A stretch of DNA of 64,000 nucleotides from an uncultured Candidatus Saccharibacteria bacterium. GTDB taxonomy: Bacteria > Patescibacteriota > Minisyncoccia > Portnoybacterales > UBA2143. Positions 9,950-17,505 of the stretch are shown here, in pieces (the first letter of the stretch is position 1; every line of letters begins with the position of its first letter). The notes under the pieces are model-generated. The model was not told the DNA's origin, did no database searches, and saw only the letters and a program-made list of their open reading frames with translations. Location of the stretch: assembly GCA_964596615.1 (NCBI GenBank), contig CAZQUN010000003.1, positions 2,550-66,549 of the forward strand, written 5' to 3'. A program made the translations under genes and the position numbers.

Positions 9950-11032
9950 TTATCTAAGAATTTCTATTCCAGGCAATTTCTTGCCACTCAAAAACTCAAG
10001 CATTGCTCCTCCTCCGGTAGAAACATGGTCAATCTTATTCAAAAGACCAAGGTTTTCTAAAAGAACAATGGTATCACCGCCGCCAGCCAAAGAAAAACTA
10101 TCTGATTCAACTATTGCTTGAGATATTTTTTCACTCCCTGGCTGAAATTGTTTCTTTTCAAAAAGCCCCATTGGACCATTAAAGATAATTGTCTTGGCAG
10201 AAGAGATTATTTCTTCAAACTCTTTGATTGTTTCCTTTCCAATATCTAAAATCATTTGTTCTGATTCAATCCAGTCAACTGGTAAATGAACCTTGGGATT
10301 GTCGATAAATTCTCTGGCCTGCTCCAGCATTTCATCCTCAACAACTGATTTCTTAACATCAATGCCTTTGGCTTTTAGAGCTGTATTAGCCAGAGCGCCG
10401 CCTAAAAGAATATGGTCAGCTTTTGCCAGAAAACTCTTAATCAGTTTAATTTTAGTTGAGATCTTGGCTCCGCCGATAATAATCACTATTGGATGTTCTG
10501 ATTGTCCTAAAACCTTGGAAAGGGCTTTGATTTCCTTTTCTAAAAGCAAACCAGCGCCGCTGGGCAAAAGATTAGGCAAACCAACAATTGAAGCATGAGA
10601 ACGGTGGGAAACAGCAAAAGCGTTGTTAAGATAAATTTCTCCCAGTTGGGCCAGTTGTTTGGCAAAATCAGGATCGTTTTTTTCTTCGCCCGGATTAAAA
10701 CGGAGGTTTTCTAGAAGAATAATTTGGTCTTTTGAATCTCTTACTTCATATCCATCTACTTTTTTTACCGGCTGGTTAAGTAATTCTTCGAGGCGCTTGG
10801 CAATTGGATCTGTTTTTAATTCTTTGACAAACTTGCCTTTTGGTCGGCCCAAGTGAGTCATTAAAATTATTCTGGCTTTTTTATCCAATAAATACTTAAT
10901 TGTTGGCAAACTGGCTTCAAGACGCCAATCCTCTTTTTCGTCAATCTGACCATCATCACCTAAAGAAACATTAAAATCAGCCCTCAAAAGGACCTTTTTG
11001 TTCTTAAAATCAAAATCTGAAAGAGATTTCAT
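9950..11032 (-). CDS. pgk: Phosphoglycerate kinase
   Basis: N-terminal KVLLRADFNVSL and a C-terminal GGGA...L region typical of PGK. Confidence 0.9.
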   Translation of the reverse strand: MKSLSDFDFKNKKVLLRADFNVSLGDDGQIDEKEDWRLEASLPTIKYLLDKKARIILMTHLGRPKGKFVKELKTDPIAKRLEELLNQPVKKVDGYEVRDSKDQIILLENLRFNPGEEKNDPDFAKQLAQLGEIYLNNAFAVSHRSHASIVGLPNLLPSGAGLLLEKEIKALSKVLGQSEHPIVIIIGGAKISTKIKLIKSFLAKADHILLGGALANTALKAKGIDVKKSVVEDEMLEQAREFIDNPKVHLPVDWIESEQMILDIGKETIKEFEEIISSAKTIIFNGPMGLFEKKQFQPGSEKISQAIVESDSFSLAGGGDTIVLLENLGLLNKIDHVSTGGGAMLEFLSGKKLPGIEILR

Positions 11033-11790
11033 GAGATACTTCCAATGATTTTAATAAACTCGCTTGCATTAAGAGACGCTCCGCCAACTAAAAGACCTTC
11101 CATGCCGGCGTTTTTAACGTATTCAACCGCATTTTTACTATCAACGCTGCCGCCGTAAATTATCCTGACTTTTTCAGCTGCAGCCCGGTCATAGAGTTTG
11201 GTTAAAATCTTGCGAATGAATAATCTGGCTTTCATGGCATCATCCGGCGAACAGGGATTATCTGTTCCAATTGCCCAAACCGGTTCATAGGCAATAACCA
11301 GGTCTCTTAATTTTTCAACCGGAAGATCAATTAAATCCTTTTCTAATTGTTCGCCAACAGTTAAACTCATTTCATTAACTGGTCTTCCTTCATGATTAAA
11401 ACTATCCCGGGCTTCTTCGCCCAGACAGAGAATTGGTTTTAATCTGGCATTTAGAGTTGCCTTTAATTTCTTGTTAACAATTTCATCGGTTTCGTTAAAA
11501 TATTTTCTTCTTTCCGAATGACCAATAATGACGTATTGACAACCTAAATCTTTGAGTATTGAAGGAGAAACTTCGCCAGTATATGCCCCCTTGTCTTCCC
11601 AAAAGCAATCCTGTCCGCCTGAAATGTATTTATCTTTAATTAGAGAAAGATAAGGAAAAGGTGGACAAATTACCGTTTCAATCTCTTTTTCTCTTTTAAT
11701 CTCTCTGAATGAATCCAAAAGACGTTCAACTTCTTTCTGGCTGGTTGGATTCATTTTCCAATTAGCGATGATTAATAGTTTTTTATCCAT
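11029..11790 (-). CDS. tpiA: Triosephosphate isomerase
   Basis: LIIANWKMN and VIAYEPVWAIGT motifs. Start probably at the internal MDKKLLII. Confidence 0.9.
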   Translation of the reverse strand: MDKKLLIIANWKMNPTSQKEVERLLDSFREIKREKEIETVICPPFPYLSLIKDKYISGGQDCFWEDKGAYTGEVSPSILKDLGCQYVIIGHSERRKYFNETDEIVNKKLKATLNARLKPILCLGEEARDSFNHEGRPVNEMSLTVGEQLEKDLIDLPVEKLRDLVIAYEPVWAIGTDNPCSPDDAMKARLFIRKILTKLYDRAAAEKVRIIYGGSVDSKNAVEYVKNAGMEGLLVGGASLNASEFIKIIGSIS

Positions 11791-12403
11791 ATTTTTTGTT
11801 CTGATGAAAGTGCCTCCAAATCCACCAGATGATACCAATAATGATTAAAATGGCGATTGGCCATTGGAATTTCCTGAAATACGTTTCTAAATGCTCCCAA
11901 TTTTCTCCCATGACTACTCCAGCATAAGTCAGGGCAAAAGACCAAGGCAGAGAACCAAGAAAAGTGTAAAAAGAGAATTTCTTGAAATCCATTTTGGCAA
12001 TCCCAGCCGGGAGGGAAATAAATGTCCTGATAATCGGCAAAAGACGGGAGAAAAAGACAGTCCCCTGGCCATATTTTTCAAACCAGCGATCAGCGATTTC
12101 CAAATCATGACGGGAAAGTAAAATGTATTTACCATATTTCTCTATTAAAGGCCGGCCGCCGACATAGCCAACCCAGTAAGCCAACCAGGAACCAAGCAGG
12201 TTTCCAATTGTCCCCCATAAGACTACCAGCCAGAAACCAAACCTTCCTTCGTGAACCAGAAACCCGGAAAAGGGCATTATGACTTCGGATGGAATCGGAA
12301 TACAAGCGCTTTCCAAAGCCATTAATACCGTGATACCAGTATAACCTGTTGAAGAGATAGTATTAGTGACAAAAGAAGCAAGTAGTGATAAAATCTCATC
12401 CAT
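11783..12403 (-). CDS. DedA/VTT-domain family membrane protein
   Basis: Multi-TM protein with a LPIIRTFISLPAGIAKM-type DedA motif. The listed ORF start is TTG; an ATG (MDEIL) lies 3 codons later. Confidence 0.8.
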   Translation of the reverse strand: MDEILSLLASFVTNTISSTGYTGITVLMALESACIPIPSEVIMPFSGFLVHEGRFGFWLVVLWGTIGNLLGSWLAYWVGYVGGRPLIEKYGKYILLSRHDLEIADRWFEKYGQGTVFFSRLLPIIRTFISLPAGIAKMDFKKFSFYTFLGSLPWSFALTYAGVVMGENWEHLETYFRKFQWPIAILIIIGIIWWIWRHFHQNKKYG

Positions 12404-12530
12404 AAAATCCAAATGTCAAAATCCAAATGTCAATTCAAATCCTAAACCCAAATGACTAAATTGAATTAAATTCTTTTTTGACATTTAATCATTTGGCATT
12501 CATTTGAAATTTGAGCTTTGAATTTTGTCA

Positions 12531-13523
12531 TTACTTTTTTAAAAACTCAGCTGCTTTCTCAGGTTCAATTGTAGAAATTTCCATGCCGGCTCCTAATTCA
12601 AAACCAGCCATAATTGATGTCTTGGGCAGAATATTCAAATGCCAGTGATAATGTTCATGTCCCTGGTCGTCCCCCGGCGCAGTGTGGAAATAGAAATTGT
12701 AGGCCGGATCTTTTAATTTGGTATAGATTCTGTTAAGAGCAACTCGAAAAGCATCAGCAAAAAGTTCTTTTTCCTTTTCTGTCATTTTTTCGAAATAGGG
12801 TTGGTGTTTCTTTGGATAAACCCTGACTTCAAATGAAACCTGGGGAGCAAAGGGAGAAAGAACGACAAATTCATCATTCTGATAAATTATTCTTCTTTTA
12901 TCCTTAATATCCCATCCAATCATAGAGCAGTAAACACATTTTTTATGCTTCTGGTAATAATTATCAGCGCCGTCCAGACTACTGCGCAAATCCGGGTCAA
13001 GAACCGGAATAGCAATTAATTGGGAATGAGGGTGAGCAATTGAAGCCCCGGCTTCCTTGCCATGATTATGAAAAATTGAAACGTATTTAATCAGTTCTTT
13101 ATCAATTAAATCTAAATACCTTTTTTGATATAAATCAATAACTAATTTAATTTCTTGGTTTGTCATCTGGGCCATCTGTTTTTTGTGGTCGGATGTAATA
13201 ATGACCTCGTGAAAACCAATTCCATCCATTTTCCTATTCGGTCCTTCTTCTTTTTCATTCAAAGAATCCCCTTTTGAAAGAGCCGGGAAATCATTCGGAA
13301 TGGATAAAACAAACCAGGAACCATCTGGTTTGTTTAATGTTAGAACTGATTTATCCAGAATTTTTGGCTGACAAAAAGGACATTTCTCAGGCGAAACATC
13401 GTCCCTTATTCTTTTCTCTTCGGCAAAGGTTTCCGGCCGTCTCGCCCGGCCAGTGGCAATAACGACCCAGTCATTAGAGACCAGGTCAAGCCGAAGTTCT
13501 GATGGAAATCTATCCTTTATCAT
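12531..13523 (-). CDS. galT: Galactose-1-phosphate uridylyltransferase (HIT superfamily, GalT branch)
   Basis: CPFC zinc motif and HPHSQLIAIP (HxHxQ) motif; 330 aa. Confidence 0.8.
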   Translation of the reverse strand: MIKDRFPSELRLDLVSNDWVVIATGRARRPETFAEEKRIRDDVSPEKCPFCQPKILDKSVLTLNKPDGSWFVLSIPNDFPALSKGDSLNEKEEGPNRKMDGIGFHEVIITSDHKKQMAQMTNQEIKLVIDLYQKRYLDLIDKELIKYVSIFHNHGKEAGASIAHPHSQLIAIPVLDPDLRSSLDGADNYYQKHKKCVYCSMIGWDIKDKRRIIYQNDEFVVLSPFAPQVSFEVRVYPKKHQPYFEKMTEKEKELFADAFRVALNRIYTKLKDPAYNFYFHTAPGDDQGHEHYHWHLNILPKTSIMAGFELGAGMEISTIEPEKAAEFLKK

Positions 13524-14286
13524 ATTTCCCTCTAATTAAATTCCATTTAATCTTAAAAAGTTCTTTAAAAGTATTCAAATATCCTTTTAAATTAACCCGG
13601 CTGTCAGGAGAATTTATCCAATTAACCGGAATTATTCCAATCTTGTATCCTAGTTTCCTGGCTAGAGCCAGGGATTCAATATCAAAACCCCAGCGGTCAA
13701 TTTTAAGTCGGGAAAAAATATCTTCGGTTGCCTTTTGGCTAAAAGCCTTGAATCCGCACTGGGTATCCCAGATTCCCGGTACCGCTACTAATTGAATCAA
13801 AAGGTTTCCTAGATTGCCTAATTGTCTTTTAAGAAATGACTGGGGAACGGCCTGTTTCGCTTCTTTGGCATCTTTTTTATCCCGGGAGCCAATAACAATC
13901 TGATGACCTTCGTTAAAAAGGGGTATCATTTTCTCAAAATGCTCTATGGTTGTCGCATTATCAGCATCCATAAAAAGACGGATTTCTCCTTTAGCCTCCA
14001 GCATCCCCTGTTTAACAACCCAGCCTTTGCCATGATTTTTCTCGTTATCAATCAATCTCAAATTCTTAATTAATTCAGAGAATTTACGGACTATTCCGGA
14101 AGTGTTATCCGGCGAACCATCATTAACAACAACAATCTCATAACTATACTTCTGCTCGCTCAAATACTGGTCAATGTCTAATAGGGTTTTAGTAATTCTT
14201 TTTTCTTCCCGATAAGCCGGGATAACAACAGATAAATATATTTTTTTCATATCTTGTATTATACAATAGTTTCCATTAACATACAA
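13510..14286 (-). CDS. Glycosyltransferase family 2 (polyprenol-phosphate glycosyltransferase-like)
   Basis: LSVVIPAYREEKRI N-terminus and a DxD-type region (MDAD). Confidence 0.8.
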   Translation of the reverse strand: MYVNGNYCIIQDMKKIYLSVVIPAYREEKRITKTLLDIDQYLSEQKYSYEIVVVNDGSPDNTSGIVRKFSELIKNLRLIDNEKNHGKGWVVKQGMLEAKGEIRLFMDADNATTIEHFEKMIPLFNEGHQIVIGSRDKKDAKEAKQAVPQSFLKRQLGNLGNLLIQLVAVPGIWDTQCGFKAFSQKATEDIFSRLKIDRWGFDIESLALARKLGYKIGIIPVNWINSPDSRVNLKGYLNTFKELFKIKWNLIRGKYDKG

Positions 14287-14289
14287 AGC

Positions 14290-15270
14290 ATGAAATACCG
14301 TATCATCACCTATGGCTGTCAGATGAATAAGAGTGATTCTGAAAGATTAGCCGCCAAGCTGGAAAAACAAAAATATCAGTCGGCTAATATTAAATTGGCT
14401 GATTTAATTGTAATTAATATCTGTTCTGTTCGCCAATCCGCTATTGACCGGGTTTACGCTAAAATTAGGCAGTTAAACAAACAAAAACCAAAACCAAGAA
14501 TAGTTTTAACCGGCTGTATTCTGGAAAAAGATAAAAAAATCCTCAAAAACCAGGTTAATGATATTTGGCCAATTGCTGATTTTGAAGAAAAAGCTAAATG
14601 TTTTTCAGAAAAAGAAGCTTTTGTTCCGATTATGACTGGCTGTGATAATTTCTGTTCCTACTGCGCTGTTCCATATGCCCGGGGTAGAGAAAAATCCAGG
14701 AAATCTAATGAAATTATCAAAGAAATTAAAGATTTAATCAAAAAGGATTACAAGAAAATTATTCTTCTTGGTCAGAATGTTAATAGTTATTCCGACGGAA
14801 AAACTAACTTTCCAAAACTTCTTAAATTAGTTGATAACATTGAAAGTAATTTTAGGATAGAATTTATGACATCACACCCTAAAGATTTTTCAGATGAATT
14901 AATCAATGTAATTTCAAAGAGTAAAAAAATATCAAAACAGATTCATTTGCCGATTCAGTCAGGTGATAATACAATTTTAAAGAAAATGAATCGTCGATAT
15001 ACGGTTGGCAGATACAAGAATTTAATTAAAAAAATCCGGAAGAAAATTCCGAATGTTAAAATCTCAACTGACCTTATTGTCGGTTTTCCAACTGAGACAG
15101 AAAAGCAGTTTCAAAATTCCGTTAAACTGGTTAAAGAAATGAATTTCTGCCAGATTTATGTTTCTGCTTATTCCTCCCGTCCCGGCACTGCCGCCTCAGA
15201 ATTGAAAGACAATATCCCTTCGGATATAAAGAAAAAGAGAAAGACAATTCTTTTAAAAATGATTGAATAA
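14290..15270 (+). CDS. Radical SAM methylthiotransferase, MiaB/RimO-like, lacking the C-terminal TRAM domain
   Basis: MTTase N-domain (MKYRIITYGCQMN) and radical SAM CDNFCSYCAVPYARG. It ends right after the radical SAM core at ...IKKKRKTILLKMIE, so about 100 aa including the TRAM domain are absent. Start is probably the internal MKY (14290). Confidence 0.75.
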   Translation: MKYRIITYGCQMNKSDSERLAAKLEKQKYQSANIKLADLIVINICSVRQSAIDRVYAKIRQLNKQKPKPRIVLTGCILEKDKKILKNQVNDIWPIADFEEKAKCFSEKEAFVPIMTGCDNFCSYCAVPYARGREKSRKSNEIIKEIKDLIKKDYKKIILLGQNVNSYSDGKTNFPKLLKLVDNIESNFRIEFMTSHPKDFSDELINVISKSKKISKQIHLPIQSGDNTILKKMNRRYTVGRYKNLIKKIRKKIPNVKISTDLIVGFPTETEKQFQNSVKLVKEMNFCQIYVSAYSSRPGTAASELKDNIPSDIKKKRKTILLKMIE

Positions 15271-15282
15271 AAAAAGAAAGGG

Positions 15283-15330
15283 CGTCCACTTTCTTCTTTA
15301 CGAAAATGGAGCCCTTTGCCCACTTAAAGA
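15283..15330. terminator. Bidirectional hairpin terminator between the miaB-like gene (+) and the small Thr/Pro ORF (-)
   Basis: GGGCgTCCA ...18-nt loop... TGGAGCCC, flanked by an A-run upstream and T-rich sequence downstream. Confidence 0.45.
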
Positions 15331-15332
15331 GT

Positions 15333-15467
15333 TTACCCTGAGTCGCGGGTAGTATCCGTCGATGTGGTCGGCGTCGTTGTTGTTGCCGTCGTGGTTGTCG
15401 GGGTTGTCGACGTCTTGGTGCCCTTTTTGCCTGTCCGCTCGGTATTCTTGGTATGATGCTCGGTCAT
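15333..15467 (-). CDS. Small Thr/Pro-rich peptide (44 aa), GC-rich, hypothetical
   Basis: Minus strand has a perfect SD AAGGAGG 6 nt before the ATG. Peptide: MTEHHTKNTERTGKKGTKTSTTPTTTTATTTTPTTSTDTTRDSG. Local GC is far above the surrounding sequence. A TTGACA-17-TAGTAT promoter lies upstream at 15550-15578. Confidence 0.45.
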   Translation of the reverse strand: MTEHHTKNTERTGKKGTKTSTTPTTTTATTTTPTTSTDTTRDSG

Positions 15468-15549
15468 GGTGTCCTCCTTTATTGTGAAGTACGTTACGGC
15501 GAAAATTCGCTAAACCAAACCTAGAAAGAACTAATACAAACTTATACTT

Positions 15550-15593
15550 ATACTACTATCCCCAAAAATCCATGTCAAAGGAACTTATCCACA
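15550..15593 (-). promoter_or_regulatory. Repeat module copy 1: sigma70-like promoter (TTGACA-17-TAGTAT) with adjacent TTATCCACA box
   Basis: Plus strand ccATGTCAAAGGAACTTATCCACAcc. Its reverse complement gives TGTGGATAA followed by TTGACA. It is 23/24 nt identical to copy 2. Confidence 0.5.
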
Positions 15594-15599
15594 CCTTAT

Positions 15600-15640
15600 A
15601 AAAAGAGAGGGCGCCATTGTTTCGCAACAGCGCCTCGTCA
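15600..15640 (-). terminator. Rho-independent terminator of the 21-aa ORF unit
   Basis: Minus strand GAGGCGC tgttgcgaaacaatg GCGCCCTC followed by TCTTTTT. Confidence 0.5.
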
Positions 15641-15720
15641 AACTAGTTGGCATGTACTAGGAGCACCGCGACCCCGGGCACTCTACCTGCCCATACCCGT
15701 ATTTGAGTCCCGTATTTGAG

Positions 15721-15786
15721 TCAAAAGTGGGTTTCATCCATGCGATCGTCGCCAGCATTTACCAACAGAACTAAAAGCTTCTTCAT
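15721..15786 (-). CDS. Very small ORF (21 aa, MKKLLVLLVNAGDDRMDETHF) with a strong SD
   Basis: AAGGAGG 7 nt upstream of the ATG on the minus strand. Followed by a tandem 13-bp repeat (actcaaatacggg x2) and a terminator. Confidence 0.35.
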   Translation of the reverse strand: MKKLLVLLVNAGDDRMDETHF

Positions 15787-15843
15787 TTTGACACCTCCTT
15801 GGTTAGGGGAGAATAAAAAAACACCGAAGAGCTTCCTTAATTA

Positions 15844-15886
15844 AATCATATCATTACTTAACTCCATGTCAAAGAAACTTATCCAC
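15844..15886 (-). promoter_or_regulatory. Repeat module copy 2: sigma70-like promoter (TTGACA-16-TATGAT) with adjacent TTATCCACA box
   Basis: Plus strand ccATGTCAAAGAAACTTATCCACAga. Shares about 45 nt of similarity with copy 1, including the flanking tAAAAAGA(r)GCGCC. Confidence 0.5.
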
Positions 15887-15894
15887 AGAATAAA

Positions 15895-16080
15895 AAGAAG
15901 CGCCGGGTTTAATATATCTTAATGATAAATGACGCTTTAAATTTGCAACCCTATTGGAAAGCGGGGTTACGGCTGCGCAAAAAAAATAAGGTTCTATGTT
16001 TTTCGAGAGCGGAATTCCGCTCTCATTGGTCCAAAGGGACCAATAAAGAAACAACAATGAAAGAACTCGATAATTAAATC
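15895..16080 (-). ncRNA. Candidate small non-coding RNA transcribed from repeat module copy 3
   Basis: Downstream of the perfect TTGACA-16-TATAAT promoter. No SD-preceded ORF. Perfect hairpins GGTCCctttGGACC and GAGAGCGGaattCCGCTCTC. T8 run. Confidence 0.3.
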
Positions 16081-16081
16081 C

Positions 16082-16127
16082 ATTATATAGATTCTAAACC
16101 TTATGTCAAGAAAAATTCATCCACATA
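16082..16127 (-). promoter_or_regulatory. Repeat module copy 3: perfect consensus sigma70 promoter (TTGACA-16-TATAAT) overlapping the miaA start codon; degenerate TCATCCACA box
   Basis: Reverse complement of 16082-16109 gives TTGACAtaaggtttagaatctaTATAAT. The miaA ATG (16103-16105) overlaps the -35 hexamer. Confidence 0.5.
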
Positions 16128-17023
16128 ATAGGTTAATTGTTATTCTCGGACCGACTGCTTCGGGCAAGTCATCTTTGGCTGTTAAATTAGCCAAAGAATT
16201 TAATGGTGAAATTATTTCAGCCGATTCAAGACAAATCTACAAGGAAATGGATATTGGTACGGCTAAAATTACCAAAAAAGAAATGGATGGCATTTCCCAT
16301 TATTTAATAGATATTGTTAAACCCAATCAAGGCTTTACTTTAGCCCAATACAAAAGAGAAGCGATAAAGATTATTAAAGATATTCAAAAAAAAGAAAAAC
16401 TTCCCTTTTTGGTTGGCGGCACCGGTTTATACATCCAATCAATTGTTGATAATCTGGAAATTCCTCAAGTTAAACCTGATAAAAAATTAAGAGAAAAACT
16501 GGAAAAGCAAGATACAAATGATTTATTCAGGCAATTAAAAAAACTGGATCCGGAGAGTATTCAATTTATTGACCGGAATAACAAAAGAAGAATTATCCGG
16601 GCCTTAGAAGTCTGTTTTTTGACACAAAAACCGTTTTCAAAGCAAAGAAAAAGAGGCCAACCTATATTTGATGTTTTACAGATCGGCATTAATGTTGAAA
16701 AAAATGAATTAGAAAAGAGAACAGAGAAAAGAACAGAAGAAATGATAAAGGAAGGTCTGGTTGAAGAAGTTAAAAAACTTCTTGAAAAATACAACCCTGA
16801 CCTCCCTTGTTTTAGCGGAATCGGCTATCAAGAGATAATTCCCTATCTTAAAGGAGAAATATCTCTTGATAAAGCCAAGGAGCTCATTGCCCGACATACC
16901 CGCCAGTATGCTAAAAAGCAAATGGTTTGGTTTAAGCGGGATAAGCGCATTCATTGGGTAAAGAGTTATCCCCAAGTAAAGAAATCAACCGAAAAATTCT
17001 TGTCTGGCGAGACGCTCTGCTGA
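16103..17023 (+). CDS. miaA: tRNA dimethylallyltransferase (tRNA isopentenyltransferase)
   Basis: P-loop LIVILGPTASGKSSLAV, IISADSRQIYKEMDIGTAK, LVGGTGLYIQS, RQYAKKQMVWFKR. No SD upstream of the ATG. Confidence 0.85.
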   Translation: MSRKIHPHNRLIVILGPTASGKSSLAVKLAKEFNGEIISADSRQIYKEMDIGTAKITKKEMDGISHYLIDIVKPNQGFTLAQYKREAIKIIKDIQKKEKLPFLVGGTGLYIQSIVDNLEIPQVKPDKKLREKLEKQDTNDLFRQLKKLDPESIQFIDRNNKRRIIRALEVCFLTQKPFSKQRKRGQPIFDVLQIGINVEKNELEKRTEKRTEEMIKEGLVEEVKKLLEKYNPDLPCFSGIGYQEIIPYLKGEISLDKAKELIARHTRQYAKKQMVWFKRDKRIHWVKSYPQVKKSTEKFLSGETLC

Positions 17024-17404
17024 AATAATTACTTTTTCGATGTCTGCCAACGAAGAAGATTCCAATTCACACTTTTTAGCCCTGAATGGTAAAATTGTCT
17101 CCAGGATATCCTCGATACAATAATATCTTCTGTCAACAGGATAACCGAGTTTCCGGTGTGAACAGAAGACGCATGACTTTATAGATGGTTTTTGAGGAGC
17201 AAAACACTCCAATCCGCCCTTGTTTAAAGCGAGACGCTTTACAGCACATTTTTCTCTGTTTAAGCACCATTCTTTCAAAAGAACCATACATAACCGGTGA
17301 AGTTGTACACCCTGTGCAATTTTCTCTATTCGCCTTTGGTCTGGCCAAGAACCCATTGGCTTGCCTTTTTCTAGGTCTAATATAATGTCGTGCGATTTTG
17401 GCAT
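16985..17404 (-). CDS. Hypothetical Cys-rich protein (139 aa)
   Basis: SD AAGGAGG on the minus strand. Seven Cys residues in CxnC clusters. Overlaps the miaA 3' end by 39 nt. No family recognised. Confidence 0.45.
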   Translation of the reverse strand: MPKSHDIILDLEKGKPMGSWPDQRRIEKIAQGVQLHRLCMVLLKEWCLNREKCAVKRLALNKGGLECFAPQKPSIKSCVFCSHRKLGYPVDRRYYCIEDILETILPFRAKKCELESSSLADIEKVIISAERLARQEFFG

Positions 17405-17452
17405 ATCTCCTCCTTTCTTGTTAAAAAACAGGTTAAACCCCGCCGAGCGAGG

Positions 17453-17480
17453 TAAAAAAAATGCCCCTCAGGGCTTTTTA
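17453..17480. terminator. Bidirectional hairpin terminator (gatB side has a T8 run)
   Basis: A8-GCCC ctca GGGC-T5. Confidence 0.55.
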
Positions 17481-17505
17481 CTTTTTAAAAAAATACTCAT
17501 TGTTT

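Noticed and set aside
12418-12445. Short tandem direct repeat considered as a CRISPR-like array
   Set aside because: Only two 14-bp units with no spacers and no cas genes. It is a promoter-region duplication.
15869-16057. 62-aa minus-strand ORF in the repeat array
   Set aside because: TTG start, no SD, and it runs through predicted hairpins into the next promoter module. The region is more plausibly non-coding RNA or regulatory.
15585-16127. Two perfect and one near-perfect TTATCCACA (DnaA-box consensus) nonamers interpreted as a replication origin
   Set aside because: There are only three boxes, each fused to a promoter -35 element inside a repeat module. No dnaA or dnaN gene or AT-rich unwinding element lies nearby. 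They are noted as possible DnaA-type regulatory sites. oriC is not claimed.
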